Virus record (IMG/VR): IMGVR_UViG_3300017985_000052
Coordinates: 1-38,350 of that record
Origin: a virus
Taxonomy: Duplodnaviria; Caudoviricetes
Reading direction: 5' to 3' (one strand)
Length of the DNA: 38,350 bases
Program-made: the position numbers and the translations under genes
Part shown: positions 1-9,230 of the stretch, piece by piece
Layout: each line of letters opens with the position of its first letter
How positions within the stretch are numbered: position 1 is the stretch's first letter
The notes under the pieces: model-generated
What the model was told of the DNA's origin: nothing
Seen by the model: the letters and a program-made list of their open reading frames with translations, nothing else
Databases searched by the model: none

Positions 1-337
1 CCTCTTGTGTTGTGTTAGTAGGGCGACTATATCAGATAATTCCAGATAGTCTATGTGATTCTTTTTATAGGGGCATAAAGTGGGTTTATGGCATATTCCA
101 CCCACACACTCACACACCATCCCAGACCATTGGCAGATAAAATCTACCTACTATTAGTAGCGCAATCAAAAAGAGGGTAACGAATCGTCGCCATTCTGTT
201 AGATATAAACAAAAGTCTGACAAGACGACGCTGGGAATGACCCCACCCCACCCCATTTTTTTTTCGCGTATTTATATATGTCCTATCCACTCACCATCAG
301 GGTATTTTTACCATTCATAAGCATTTCCTAATATACT

Positions 338-1081
338 ATGAGCCACATCAAATCATTCAGCGAAAAATCAAATGGCAAGGAATACCTATATACCACACAG
401 GTTGTAGACGGGAAGAAATACAAAATAAAACTTGGCGGCCCTTTTGATACTCCAGAACAAGCAACTTTCGCTTCTAAACAAGCATCAAGACTTTTGGGTG
501 AGTCAAGTTTGCAGGATTACAAAAATTTGGTGGGGGCTATTGCAGACGCTTATGCAAAAAATAACACAAGGGCTATAGAAGGTTACAAAAAAACAACGTC
601 TGCACAAGTTTCGCCAAATTTTGTCGGTGGGAACTTTAAAGGAAAATCTGGTGAAAACGCTAGACAAGGCGATAATACAACAATAACAATACTTCCAAGT
701 CATTCTAATCTGCCAAACCTTTGGAATCACGAAGCAGAACATACTTACTACAGGGACAAAGGAGTAAAAGGTGACGGACTTTTGTCCGAGGCTTTAGGAG
801 GAATACCTGCGGCAGATATTGACCCAAGAATAGATAGCAATTCTCATCTTCTTATATACAACAGACCTATAGATGAAACGAGGATATACCAAAATCCTAA
901 AGTTAGGTTTAATCCAACATTAAGAAACTACCGAAAACTTCCTAATCCTGATTTAGGTACGTTAGACATAGGCTCTCCATTTATGAGATTCAGGGCAGAA
1001 GAGTTTAGAAATAAGGTAGAAAATAATCCTGTAGACAACTATCTTAAAATGATATTAAGAAAAAAAGAATATAACAGATGA
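338..1081 (+). CDS. Hypothetical protein with HExxH motif (possible zinc metallopeptidase-like domain)
   Basis: 247-aa ORF, LWNHEAEHTYY motif; stop overlaps terS start (ATGA). Confidence 0.5.
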   Translation: MSHIKSFSEKSNGKEYLYTTQVVDGKKYKIKLGGPFDTPEQATFASKQASRLLGESSLQDYKNLVGAIADAYAKNNTRAIEGYKKTTSAQVSPNFVGGNFKGKSGENARQGDNTTITILPSHSNLPNLWNHEAEHTYYRDKGVKGDGLLSEALGGIPAADIDPRIDSNSHLLIYNRPIDETRIYQNPKVRFNPTLRNYRKLPNPDLGTLDIGSPFMRFRAEEFRNKVENNPVDNYLKMILRKKEYNR

Positions 1082-1446
1082 TTACGGAGCAACAAGAAAC
1101 ATTTATTGAGCAGTACATCCTACACGGCAATGCAAGCCGTGCCGCAGAGCAGGCAGGATACTCTCATCCCAAGCAAAGAGGCTACGAACTAAAGAATAAG
1201 TTTGCCTCTGAGATTGAGGAACGCACCAAGAAAATGATTAAGGATGCGGTTCCCAGTGCCATGCGTATGTTGCAGAGATTGGCAGAGGAGGCAGAGTCTG
1301 AGTCTGTACGTCTTGGGGCTGTCAAGGATATTCTGGATAGGGCTGGTCTGAAGCCCACAGAGAAGATTCAGCAGGAGATTTCTCAGGTGGAGCAGAAGTC
1401 TACAGAAGAATTACAGAAAGAGTTAGAGGCTCTCCTGAAGCACTAA
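1078..1446 (+). CDS. terS: Terminase small subunit
   Basis: N-terminal HTH 'EQQETFIEQYILHGNASRAAEQAGYS' typical of TerS, 'VRLGAVKDILDRAG', upstream of terL. Confidence 0.85.
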   Translation: MITEQQETFIEQYILHGNASRAAEQAGYSHPKQRGYELKNKFASEIEERTKKMIKDAVPSAMRMLQRLAEEAESESVRLGAVKDILDRAGLKPTEKIQQEISQVEQKSTEELQKELEALLKH

Positions 1447-2276
1447 TGGCTAACTTATTTGATTATGACCCATTGAAGGCTTTAGGCTCTGGTCTCTTGA
1501 ATATTTTGGCTCCTGCCGCTGAGGCTAACGAATTTAATTTGCCTTTGGATAAAGATACTTGGTATGCGGAGTACCTTCACGGAAAACAAGCGTCTCCAAA
1601 TGTTGCGGGAAAATACAAGGATGTAAAGGCGGGAAAAAACAGGGTTTTAGTTAGGCTTGATTTGACTGCGAAAGAAAGATCTGGAAAAGAAGATTCAGTT
1701 GCAAGGAAAAGCCAAAATTACCCAAAGAGAGGGCCGGGTCTAACTAATATACACTTGTTTGATGAGGATTCTGGAAAATTAAAAACAGAAAGGATAGGGG
1801 TCACAAGGGGCGGGGCGTTAAAGGGAAATATTGATTTTGTTGTAGATCAGTCCGCAAGAAACCAAACCTTGAAATCTGGTAGCAAAACAGCCAATACCGG
1901 GGTTGTTGGAACTAATTTTCCGAGGATGACGGAAGAGCAGATTAAACTTTTAAAGGAAAAGGGTGTTTCCCTTCGATATAACCCAATGACTCAAAACGCA
2001 TTTACAGATATTCAGGGAAGAGTTGTAAAACCATTAAAGGGTTATGCTTGGAGCGAGGGTGGAAGAGTTTGGGTTCTGGATGAAAACTGGTCTAGAAAAG
2101 GCGTAAAGTTTTATCCAACTTATGAATCTTTGCCAGAACATATTAGATCGAATATAAAACCCGGAGATATGCAATACCAGTTTAAAAATTCTAGGTCTGG
2201 AGGGTCTATGGGCGCTCCTCTTGGCAAATGGGAAAAAGACCCTAAAACTGGCAGAAGAATATTTAAGGTAATGTAA
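1446..2276 (+). CDS. Hypothetical protein between terS and terL
   Basis: 276-aa ORF coupled by TAATG at both ends. Confidence 0.6.
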   Translation: MANLFDYDPLKALGSGLLNILAPAAEANEFNLPLDKDTWYAEYLHGKQASPNVAGKYKDVKAGKNRVLVRLDLTAKERSGKEDSVARKSQNYPKRGPGLTNIHLFDEDSGKLKTERIGVTRGGALKGNIDFVVDQSARNQTLKSGSKTANTGVVGTNFPRMTEEQIKLLKEKGVSLRYNPMTQNAFTDIQGRVVKPLKGYAWSEGGRVWVLDENWSRKGVKFYPTYESLPEHIRSNIKPGDMQYQFKNSRSGGSMGAPLGKWEKDPKTGRRIFKVM

Positions 2277-2419
2277 TGCCCGTCAGAAAGGTCAAAGGCG
2301 GTTACAAGTGGGGTAGTAAGGGTAAGGTCTACAAAACCCGTGAAGGGGCGGAGAGACAGGCTAGAGCGGCATATGCCAGCGGATATAGAAAAAGCGGTAG
2401 AAATAGCAAGAGAACTTAA
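2276..2419 (+). CDS. Small basic protein (47 aa, MPVRKVKGGYKWGSKGKVYKTREGAERQARAAYASGY...)
   Basis: Translated by hand (not in ORF track); TAATG coupling to upstream gene; overlaps terL 5' end. Confidence 0.7.
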   Translation: MPVRKVKGGYKWGSKGKVYKTREGAERQARAAYASGYRKSGRNSKRT

Positions 2420-3824
2420 GAAGCGAGAGCGGTACGAGAAGATTTCCTTCTACGATCCATACCCTTACCAGCAGAAGTTCCACGCCACAGGATTTGAAAA
2501 CAATCAGCGCCTACTCATGGCGGCTAACCGAATAGGTAAGTCGTACTGCGGAGCGGCTGAAATGGCCTACCACCTTACTGGTCTATATCCTGATTGGTGG
2601 GAGGGAAAAAGATTCAACCGAGCAATTACGGCTTGGGCTGGCGGTGTCTCCAACGAAACGACGAGAGACATCGTACAAGCAGAATTATTGGGTTCCCCTG
2701 ACGATCCCGAGGCATTTGGTACTGGCGCTATTCCAAAAGATAATATAGTAAAAACGGAAAGAAAACCGGGAGTACCAAACGCTAAGAGCGTTGCACTAAT
2801 ACGCCATGTCTCAGGCGAGAACTCATCCCTACACTTTAAAGCCTATGAAATGGGTGTGGACAAATGGCAGGGTAGGTCTGTGGATGTGGTATGGCTGGAC
2901 GAGGAGCCTAGCCGAGAACTGTACTCACAGGCTGTGACACGAACCCTTGATCGCCGTGGCATGGTTTATATGACGTTTACTCCAGAAAACGGAATGACCG
3001 AGACTGTGGCGGCGTTTATGAACCACATTAAGAAGGGTCAGAGCCTGACAAATGCGACATGGGATGACGCATCTGAGCATATAAATACCCTCAGAGGCAA
3101 AGAAGGACATCTAAATGACGCGGTGATGGAGCAGATTCTCTCTGCGTATTCACCACATGAGCGGGAAATGAGAAGGTTTGGCAGGCCGTCTATTGGCTCT
3201 GGTCTGATCTTTCCGCTAAATGAAGAAGAATTAATGATTGATCCTATACATATCGAGGATCATTGGCCGCGTATAGCGGCTATAGATTTTGGGTGGGATC
3301 ACCCAACTGCTGTAGTTTGGTGCGCGATAGATAATGAAAGTGAAACCTTTTATATATATGACTGCTATAGAGCATCAAAAGCCAGCCCCTCTGTTCACGC
3401 CGAGATTATAAGGAAACGTCCTTATTTCATTCCCATAGCCTACCCACATGACGGCAATCGCAGGGATAGCATGGGGAATCCCGGTCTGGCAGAACAGTAT
3501 CGCTCTCTTGGTTGTAATTTTCTGATGGAGCATTTTACTAATCCTCCGGGTTTGGGCCAGAAGAAAGGCTCCAACTCAGTGGAAGAGGGTCTGATGGCTA
3601 TGCTACAGGCGATGGAGAACGGCAAGTTTAAAGTGTTCTCTACGCTATCGGATTGGTTTGAGGAATTTAGAATGTACCACCGAAAGGACGGCAAGGTGGT
3701 CGCCCTTCGTGATGACTTGATGAGCGCCACACGGTACGCATTTCAGTCACAGCGGTATGCAATGTCTGGCTCTGATCCAGAGTGGACGAGTGATATAACC
3801 TATAGGAACTACGGAATTGTCTGA
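2373..3824 (+). CDS. terL: Terminase large subunit (P22-like)
   Basis: Walker A AANRIGKS, Walker B VVWLDEE, motif III TFTP, RNase H-like nuclease AIDFGWDHP and DDLMSATRYA; likely start ATG 2373. Confidence 0.95.
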   Translation: MPADIEKAVEIARELKKRERYEKISFYDPYPYQQKFHATGFENNQRLLMAANRIGKSYCGAAEMAYHLTGLYPDWWEGKRFNRAITAWAGGVSNETTRDIVQAELLGSPDDPEAFGTGAIPKDNIVKTERKPGVPNAKSVALIRHVSGENSSLHFKAYEMGVDKWQGRSVDVVWLDEEPSRELYSQAVTRTLDRRGMVYMTFTPENGMTETVAAFMNHIKKGQSLTNATWDDASEHINTLRGKEGHLNDAVMEQILSAYSPHEREMRRFGRPSIGSGLIFPLNEEELMIDPIHIEDHWPRIAAIDFGWDHPTAVVWCAIDNESETFYIYDCYRASKASPSVHAEIIRKRPYFIPIAYPHDGNRRDSMGNPGLAEQYRSLGCNFLMEHFTNPPGLGQKKGSNSVEEGLMAMLQAMENGKFKVFSTLSDWFEEFRMYHRKDGKVVALRDDLMSATRYAFQSQRYAMSGSDPEWTSDITYRNYGIV

Positions 3825-5757
3825 CAAAGAACAAGAACTGCTAACTAAAGTAAACAGTGAAATCACTGACGCTTTAGGCTATGGCGACGAAATATCAGAT
3901 CAGCGGGAAACGGCGCAAGAGTATTACTACGCGCTACCGTTTGGCAATGAGGTTGAGGGCCGTAGTCAGTATGTAGATTCTACCGTCCAAGATACTATTG
4001 AGTGGATCAAACCAAGCCTGATGAGAATCTTTGGCTCTGGTGACGAGTTTGTAAAGTTTGCCCCGCATGGCCCGGAAGATGTGGCTATGGCAGATCAGGC
4101 CACCGACTACGTTAACTACGTTTTCAGCAAAGACAATCCCGGCTGGGAGATTATGTATTCGTGGTTTCACGATGCGCTGTTGTTTAAGAACGGAATTGTA
4201 AAAGTTTGGTGGGACGAGTACGAGGAAGCCAAGAGAGAAGAATATCAAAACCTGTCAGAACTAGAGTTTGAGTATCTTCTTTCTGATGATGCTGTAGAGG
4301 TTATGGAGCATACCGAAACTGCCGATGAGATGGGTATGTCGGTGCATGATGTTGTTATCAAGAGAATGGGTTATGACGGCAGAATTAAAATTGAGAACGT
4401 ACCACCTGATGAGTTTCTTATTTCCAGAGAAGCCAAGTCTATACATGATGCTCGCTTTGTCTGCCATCGTGTAAGAAAGACTTTATCAGAACTTCGGGAG
4501 ATGTATCCCGATCAGGATTTTGGCATTGAGGATTTAGGCGCATCTGATGACACTATGTCCTACAATGCGGAGCGTCTTGCCCGCTATGAGTTTGACCACA
4601 GCAGTGAGTATGATCGCGGCTGGGGTGCAAACGACGAAGAGGCACTCCGTGAGTATTGGTTACATGAGTCGTTTATTAAAACGGATTATGACGAGGACGG
4701 CATTGCTGAACTGCGAAAGGTATGCAGTGTTGGCAACTACGTCTTTGCAAACGAAGAAGTAGACAAGAAGCCGTTTGTATCTATTACTCCGATTAAGATT
4801 CCGCATAAGTTCTTTGGTCTGTCGGTTGCTGATCTTGTAATGGACTTGCAACTGATTAAGAGTACGCTGATGCGTAACCTGATGGACAACGCCTACAACC
4901 AGAACTTTGGTCGCTATGCTGTTCTTGAGGGTCAGGCGAATTTGGATGACCTTCTTACGCAGAGGCCGGGTGGCGTGGTTCGTGTTAAATCGCCTAACGC
5001 AATTATGCCTTTGGCTACACCTCCGCTTGAGCCGTACTCATTCCAAATGCTTGAGTATCTCGATCAGGTGCGCGAATCACGTTCCGGCGTTAACAAGAAC
5101 ACACAAGGTATTAACGCAGATGCTCTGACAAGCCACACAACGGCCACAGCCGTTAATGCGGTAATGACCAATGCCCAGTCAAGGGTTGAGTTAATTGCCC
5201 GTCAGTTCGCGGAGACAGGCGTTAAAGAACTGATGCGTACCATCTACGAATTGCTGATTAAGTATCAGGACAAAGAGCGAGTGGTTATGTTACGAAACCA
5301 GTGGATTCCTGTGCGTCCTGACGCTTGGAATGACAAGATGGACTGCACGGTATCTGTTGCTCTTGGCAATGGTTCTAAGGATCAGCAGATGGCGCACCTG
5401 TCACAAATGATATCTTTTGCGGCACAGGCGATGCAGGGCGGTCTGCCGATTGTCACCCCGCAGAATATGTACAATCTTGGCGCTTCATTGGTTAAGGCTA
5501 TGGGCTATCAGAATGTCGATGACTTCCTGACTCCTCCGCCTCCGCCGCAACCAGAACAGCCTACCCCAGATCAGCAGATGGCTATGATGGAACAACAAGC
5601 CAAGATGAAAGAACTTGAGATCAAACAAGGCGAACTGCAAGTTAAGATGATGAAAGTTCAACAGGATGCACAAGAAGCGGCAGTAGATGCACAACTAAAA
5701 GCCGCAGAACTTGCGCTAGAGAAAGAACAAAACCGAGGTGTGTTGATTGGTGGATAG
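3817..5757 (+). CDS. Portal protein (P22-like)
   Basis: 646 aa directly after terL; 'WFHDALLFKNGIVKVWW', 'IKSTLMRNLMDN'; C-terminal Pro stretch plus Q/M/E coiled coil (barrel). Confidence 0.9.
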   Translation: MSDKEQELLTKVNSEITDALGYGDEISDQRETAQEYYYALPFGNEVEGRSQYVDSTVQDTIEWIKPSLMRIFGSGDEFVKFAPHGPEDVAMADQATDYVNYVFSKDNPGWEIMYSWFHDALLFKNGIVKVWWDEYEEAKREEYQNLSELEFEYLLSDDAVEVMEHTETADEMGMSVHDVVIKRMGYDGRIKIENVPPDEFLISREAKSIHDARFVCHRVRKTLSELREMYPDQDFGIEDLGASDDTMSYNAERLARYEFDHSSEYDRGWGANDEEALREYWLHESFIKTDYDEDGIAELRKVCSVGNYVFANEEVDKKPFVSITPIKIPHKFFGLSVADLVMDLQLIKSTLMRNLMDNAYNQNFGRYAVLEGQANLDDLLTQRPGGVVRVKSPNAIMPLATPPLEPYSFQMLEYLDQVRESRSGVNKNTQGINADALTSHTTATAVNAVMTNAQSRVELIARQFAETGVKELMRTIYELLIKYQDKERVVMLRNQWIPVRPDAWNDKMDCTVSVALGNGSKDQQMAHLSQMISFAAQAMQGGLPIVTPQNMYNLGASLVKAMGYQNVDDFLTPPPPPQPEQPTPDQQMAMMEQQAKMKELEIKQGELQVKMMKVQQDAQEAAVDAQLKAAELALEKEQNRGVLIGG

Positions 5758-5983
5758 AGAGAACAGAGCGAAGAACTTACTTAACGACCCACTATATAAC
5801 GAAGCGTTTGACACACTAGCAGAAGAATTACATAACACTTGGTATAACTCAAGTGTGAAAGATGTCGAGAGTCGAGAACAGTCTTGGCTCAGTTTGCGAC
5901 TCCTTGAGCGACTACGCCTTCATCTAACCAGTATTGTTGAAACTGGAGAGATGGCGAAGAAGATTAAGGAATACCACATATAA
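5747..5983 (+). CDS. Small conserved head-module protein between portal and scaffold
   Basis: 78 aa, helical; position typical of podovirus head modules. Confidence 0.65.
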   Translation: MVDRENRAKNLLNDPLYNEAFDTLAEELHNTWYNSSVKDVESREQSWLSLRLLERLRLHLTSIVETGEMAKKIKEYHI

Positions 5984-5993
5984 GGAGATTTTT

Positions 5994-7049
5994 ATGGCGG
6001 ATACCATTGACCCGCGACCCGTTGTACCCGGCAGTGTTGCCGAAGCACAAAATGCTTTTCTAGGACTGATGGAACCTGTAGAGGAGAAACCGGAAGAACA
6101 AGAAAGCGCCCCTGCTGAAGATGTTGAAGAGTCTACTGAGGAAACTCAAGACGAACCATTGGAAGAGGATGTCCTTGAAGAAGAAGCCGAAGAAGAATCT
6201 GATGATGAATCTGAGGAAGAATCTGAAGAGGAAGAGTCTGACGAAGATGAGCAAGAAGAGGTTGAAGAAGTCTATTCCGTTAAAGTTGACGGAGAAGAGA
6301 TGGAAGTCAATCTTGACGAACTTATTAAAGGGTACTCCCGTCAGTCGGACTATACTCGTAAAACGCAAGAACTTGCAAGCGAAAGAAATAAGATGGTCGA
6401 ACTGCAACAGCAGTGGGCCAATGAGATTTCCCAAGCACAAGCGGAGCGTCAGCAATACATAGATGCACTTGGACAATTTGCAGAATTTTCTGTTAATGGT
6501 CTAGATAAGTTTAAGGATATTGATTGGGAAAATCTGCGGCAGACAGACCCCATTTCATTCATCACTAAACGGGAAGAGATGCGTGAAGCGCAAGAACAGG
6601 CTCAGAAAATGAACGCCGAAAGAGAGAAAGCGCAACAGGCACAAAATCAAGAGTTGGCAAAAATGCGTCAAATGGCTATTCAGGAGGAATACAAACGATT
6701 AGTTGAATATGTACCTGAATGGGCTGATACAGAAAAACGCACAAAGTTAGCGGGAGATTTATCTTCTTACGCAATAGATCAAGGATTTACTCAAGAAGAG
6801 TTAAAGGATTTGATTGACCACAGGTCTTTGATTGTCCTTATGAAAGCGCAGAAATATGACGCGCTTCAGAAATCCGACATTAAAACCAAGAAAGTCAAAA
6901 ACAAACCCAAAGTGGTGCGGTCAGGCAAAGGCAGTAACAAAAAGCAAGACACCGCAAGATCAAAACGTATTGCATCCATGAAGCGTCTTAAACAGTCTGG
7001 CAAGCCAGAAGATGCGGCTAGTCTGTTTGAGGATTTTGTAGAACTTTAA
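5994..7049 (+). CDS. Capsid scaffolding protein
   Basis: SD AAGGAG upstream of ATG 5994; very acidic N-half, 'VKVDGEEMEVNLDELIKGYSRQSDYTRKTQELA' motif, coiled coil; immediately before MCP. Confidence 0.88.
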   Translation: MADTIDPRPVVPGSVAEAQNAFLGLMEPVEEKPEEQESAPAEDVEESTEETQDEPLEEDVLEEEAEEESDDESEEESEEEESDEDEQEEVEEVYSVKVDGEEMEVNLDELIKGYSRQSDYTRKTQELASERNKMVELQQQWANEISQAQAERQQYIDALGQFAEFSVNGLDKFKDIDWENLRQTDPISFITKREEMREAQEQAQKMNAEREKAQQAQNQELAKMRQMAIQEEYKRLVEYVPEWADTEKRTKLAGDLSSYAIDQGFTQEELKDLIDHRSLIVLMKAQKYDALQKSDIKTKKVKNKPKVVRSGKGSNKKQDTARSKRIASMKRLKQSGKPEDAASLFEDFVEL

Positions 7050-7063
7050 TATAGGAGGCTAAC

Positions 7064-8083
7064 ATGGCCGCAACTACTAACACGCGGGAGACTTACGGAG
7101 CCGTAGGCATCCGAGAAGACCTCTCCGACATTATCTATAACATTAGTCCGATGGACACGCCGTTTATGAACGGCATTGGCAAAGGCTCTGCTGATAACAC
7201 TTACTTTGAGTGGCAGACCGACGAACTGCAAGCCGCCGCCGCTAACCGTCAGGTCGAGGGTGACAACCCCGATCCGATTGCTGTGAGCGAGCCGCGTCGT
7301 CTTGGCAACTACACGCAGATCAGTTACAAAACTGTGATGACGAGTGGCACTGCCGAGTCGGTTGACTTCGCTGGCCGTCGTTCTTCGCAGGCTTACCAAC
7401 TGGCAAAACGCGCTAAAGAAATCAAACGTGACATGGAGAAGATGCTTCTCGATGACACCGTGAAATCTGCTGGTGCGGCTATTGGTGGCCCTGCGGCGGC
7501 ACGCGCAACGGGTGCGTTTAACTCTTGGATTGGTACGACTGCCGCTGGTACGTCCCCGATTCTTGACGGTGGCGCCTCTCCTGTTGTCGGCCTTGTCAAC
7601 AACGGTACTGGTTCGCCTGCTCCCGGCCCTGACGGTTCTACCGTTGCGGCGGCTGGCACGACCCCTGCTGTTGCCCTGACGCTTGACATGATTAACGAAG
7701 TTGTGTCACGCATCTGGGACTTGGGCGGTACGCCTGACATTATGATGTGTTCTGGCGCTCTGAAGCAGTCCATTTCTGGTCTTGGTGCTTCGGTGGTTGC
7801 AGACCTTCAGAAGAATGTTGGCGACGGGCAAGCGACTGCGGTTAACGCCGTAGACGTTCTTGTGACGGACTTTGGCACTTTCAAGATTGTGCCGAACCGT
7901 TTCTGCCTTGCTAACCGAGTGTACGTCATCGACTACGATCTGTGGTCGCTTGATTACCTCCGTCCCTTCAAAACCGAAACCCTTGCTAAAACTGGCGACA
8001 ACATCAAACAGATGATGATTGCTGAGTACGGGCTTCGCGCTAAGAATGGTAACGGCAACGGTATCATCAAAAACGTATCGTAA
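7064..8083 (+). CDS. Major capsid protein (DUF5309-like, HK97 fold)
   Basis: SD AGGAGG; 'REDLSDIIYNISPMDTPF', 'FEWQTDEL', 'NYTQI', 'KEIKRDME', 'LAKTGD...EYGL'; strongly biased codon usage. Confidence 0.92.
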   Translation: MAATTNTRETYGAVGIREDLSDIIYNISPMDTPFMNGIGKGSADNTYFEWQTDELQAAAANRQVEGDNPDPIAVSEPRRLGNYTQISYKTVMTSGTAESVDFAGRRSSQAYQLAKRAKEIKRDMEKMLLDDTVKSAGAAIGGPAAARATGAFNSWIGTTAAGTSPILDGGASPVVGLVNNGTGSPAPGPDGSTVAAAGTTPAVALTLDMINEVVSRIWDLGGTPDIMMCSGALKQSISGLGASVVADLQKNVGDGQATAVNAVDVLVTDFGTFKIVPNRFCLANRVYVIDYDLWSLDYLRPFKTETLAKTGDNIKQMMIAEYGLRAKNGNGNGIIKNVS

Positions 8084-8096
8084 GGTGTATGGTGAT

Positions 8097-8112
8097 GGGG
8101 GCTTCGGCCCCC
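8097..8112 (+). terminator. GC hairpin with C(UUCG)G tetraloop after the capsid gene (weak terminator or mRNA-stabilising stem)
   Basis: GGGGGC-TTCG-GCCCCC beginning 14 nt after the MCP stop; no clean U-tract follows. Confidence 0.65.
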
Positions 8113-8122
8113 TGATCCTATT

Positions 8123-8770
8123 ATGTTTATATATAATTCAATACCCACAATAGTTGTACAGGATAATGTAGTAACACCAGATGAGTGTCAGTACATTATA
8201 GAATTTGCAAAAAGAAAAGGTCTACAAGAGAACAGAGTCAACATAGACGGTACTCAGAAATTAGACCCAATGCGTACAAGCACTGGAACTGTCGCGCAAC
8301 ACAACGAAGATTTAGTTATACACGGCATACTAGAAAGGCTTGCCAGTATTGCTAGAGTTCCATTGTCCCACGCAGAGCCAGCAACAATACAGCGGTATGA
8401 GGTTGGTCAAGAGTACAAGCCGCATACAGACGCATTCACAGATGAAGAAAAAGTCCACGATATGTACAACGTGGATCACACGGGCAACCGAGCCGCAACC
8501 ATTATTTTGTATCTCAATGATTCAGACGGTGGTTCTACAGGATTTCCTTACTTGGGCTTTATGATACAAGCAATACAAGGAAGAATCTTATTGTTTGGAA
8601 ACCTAGACGAAAACAAGAAAGCACATCCACTATCAACACATATGGGCTTGCCGCCTGATACTGGCGAGAAATGGATACTTACACTTTGGTTTAGAGAAAA
8701 GGAATATGTCAGCAAGAAAACAATTAAAAGACGCACTAAAACAAAAAGAGCCAAGAAAGGAAAAGACTAA
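8123..8770 (+). CDS. 2OG-Fe(II) oxygenase, prolyl 4-hydroxylase family
   Basis: RTST, RYEVGQEYKPHTD (HxD), NRAATIILYLND..GG.T.FP, distal His in THMGLPP, GEKWILTLWFR (2OG-binding Lys). Confidence 0.9.
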   Translation: MFIYNSIPTIVVQDNVVTPDECQYIIEFAKRKGLQENRVNIDGTQKLDPMRTSTGTVAQHNEDLVIHGILERLASIARVPLSHAEPATIQRYEVGQEYKPHTDAFTDEEKVHDMYNVDHTGNRAATIILYLNDSDGGSTGFPYLGFMIQAIQGRILLFGNLDENKKAHPLSTHMGLPPDTGEKWILTLWFREKEYVSKKTIKRRTKTKRAKKGKD

Positions 8771-8840
8771 AAAGCAAAAGCCATTACAAGAGCAGATGGC
8801 GGAAATTTGCAGAGGAGAGAACAAGAGATACCATGTCTAA
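8706..8840 (+). CDS. Small basic protein (44 aa, MSARKQLKDALKQKEPRKEK...)
   Basis: Translated by hand; AAGGAA upstream; overlaps 3' end of the oxygenase gene and the start of the next gene. Confidence 0.5.
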   Translation: MSARKQLKDALKQKEPRKEKTKKQKPLQEQMAEICRGENKRYHV

Positions 8841-9141
8841 GAAATCAGCAGAGCGGTGGCAAAAGTTTATTCCAGAAGATGACGGCGGATTTACGCTAGA
8901 GACTTATCAAGACGTTTCATCTATTCTGGAAAACAACAAGATTGATTACAACAACTACGGAGACAAAAAGACTCCGGGTAAGATGGGCGAAGGTGTACGA
9001 GTGGCGTCTATTCCTATTAACGTATGGGAACAGTGGATGAAAGATACCAACGGTATGATCCAGAAAGACAGCAACCTACTCAAGAAATACCTCAACGACC
9101 CTGATAACAAATACTTTAGGACAACTCCTACGAGGATTTAA
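8833..9141 (+). CDS. Conserved hypothetical phage protein downstream of MCP
   Basis: 'RVASIP...W...KKYLNDPDNKYFRT' motif commonly seen after capsid genes in this type of podophage. Confidence 0.7.
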   Translation: MSKKSAERWQKFIPEDDGGFTLETYQDVSSILENNKIDYNNYGDKKTPGKMGEGVRVASIPINVWEQWMKDTNGMIQKDSNLLKKYLNDPDNKYFRTTPTRI

Positions 9142-9143
9142 TT

Positions 9144-9230
9144 ATGTGGCTATACCAACCTACATTTACTGGTAATAACCAACTGCCTATTATTAACAAC
9201 CGAGTATGGTTTGCAAGTAAGAACAGTTAA
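9144..9230 (+). CDS. Putative 28-aa microprotein (MWLYQPTFTGNNQLPIINNRVWFASKNS)
   Basis: Exactly fills the gap; GAGGA upstream; stop coupled (TAATG) to the adaptor gene. Confidence 0.45.
   Translation: MWLYQPTFTGNNQLPIINNRVWFASKNS

Noticed and set aside
6060-6476. 138-aa Phe-rich minus-strand ORF that looks membrane-like
   Set aside because: Antisense shadow of the GAA-rich acidic scaffold region
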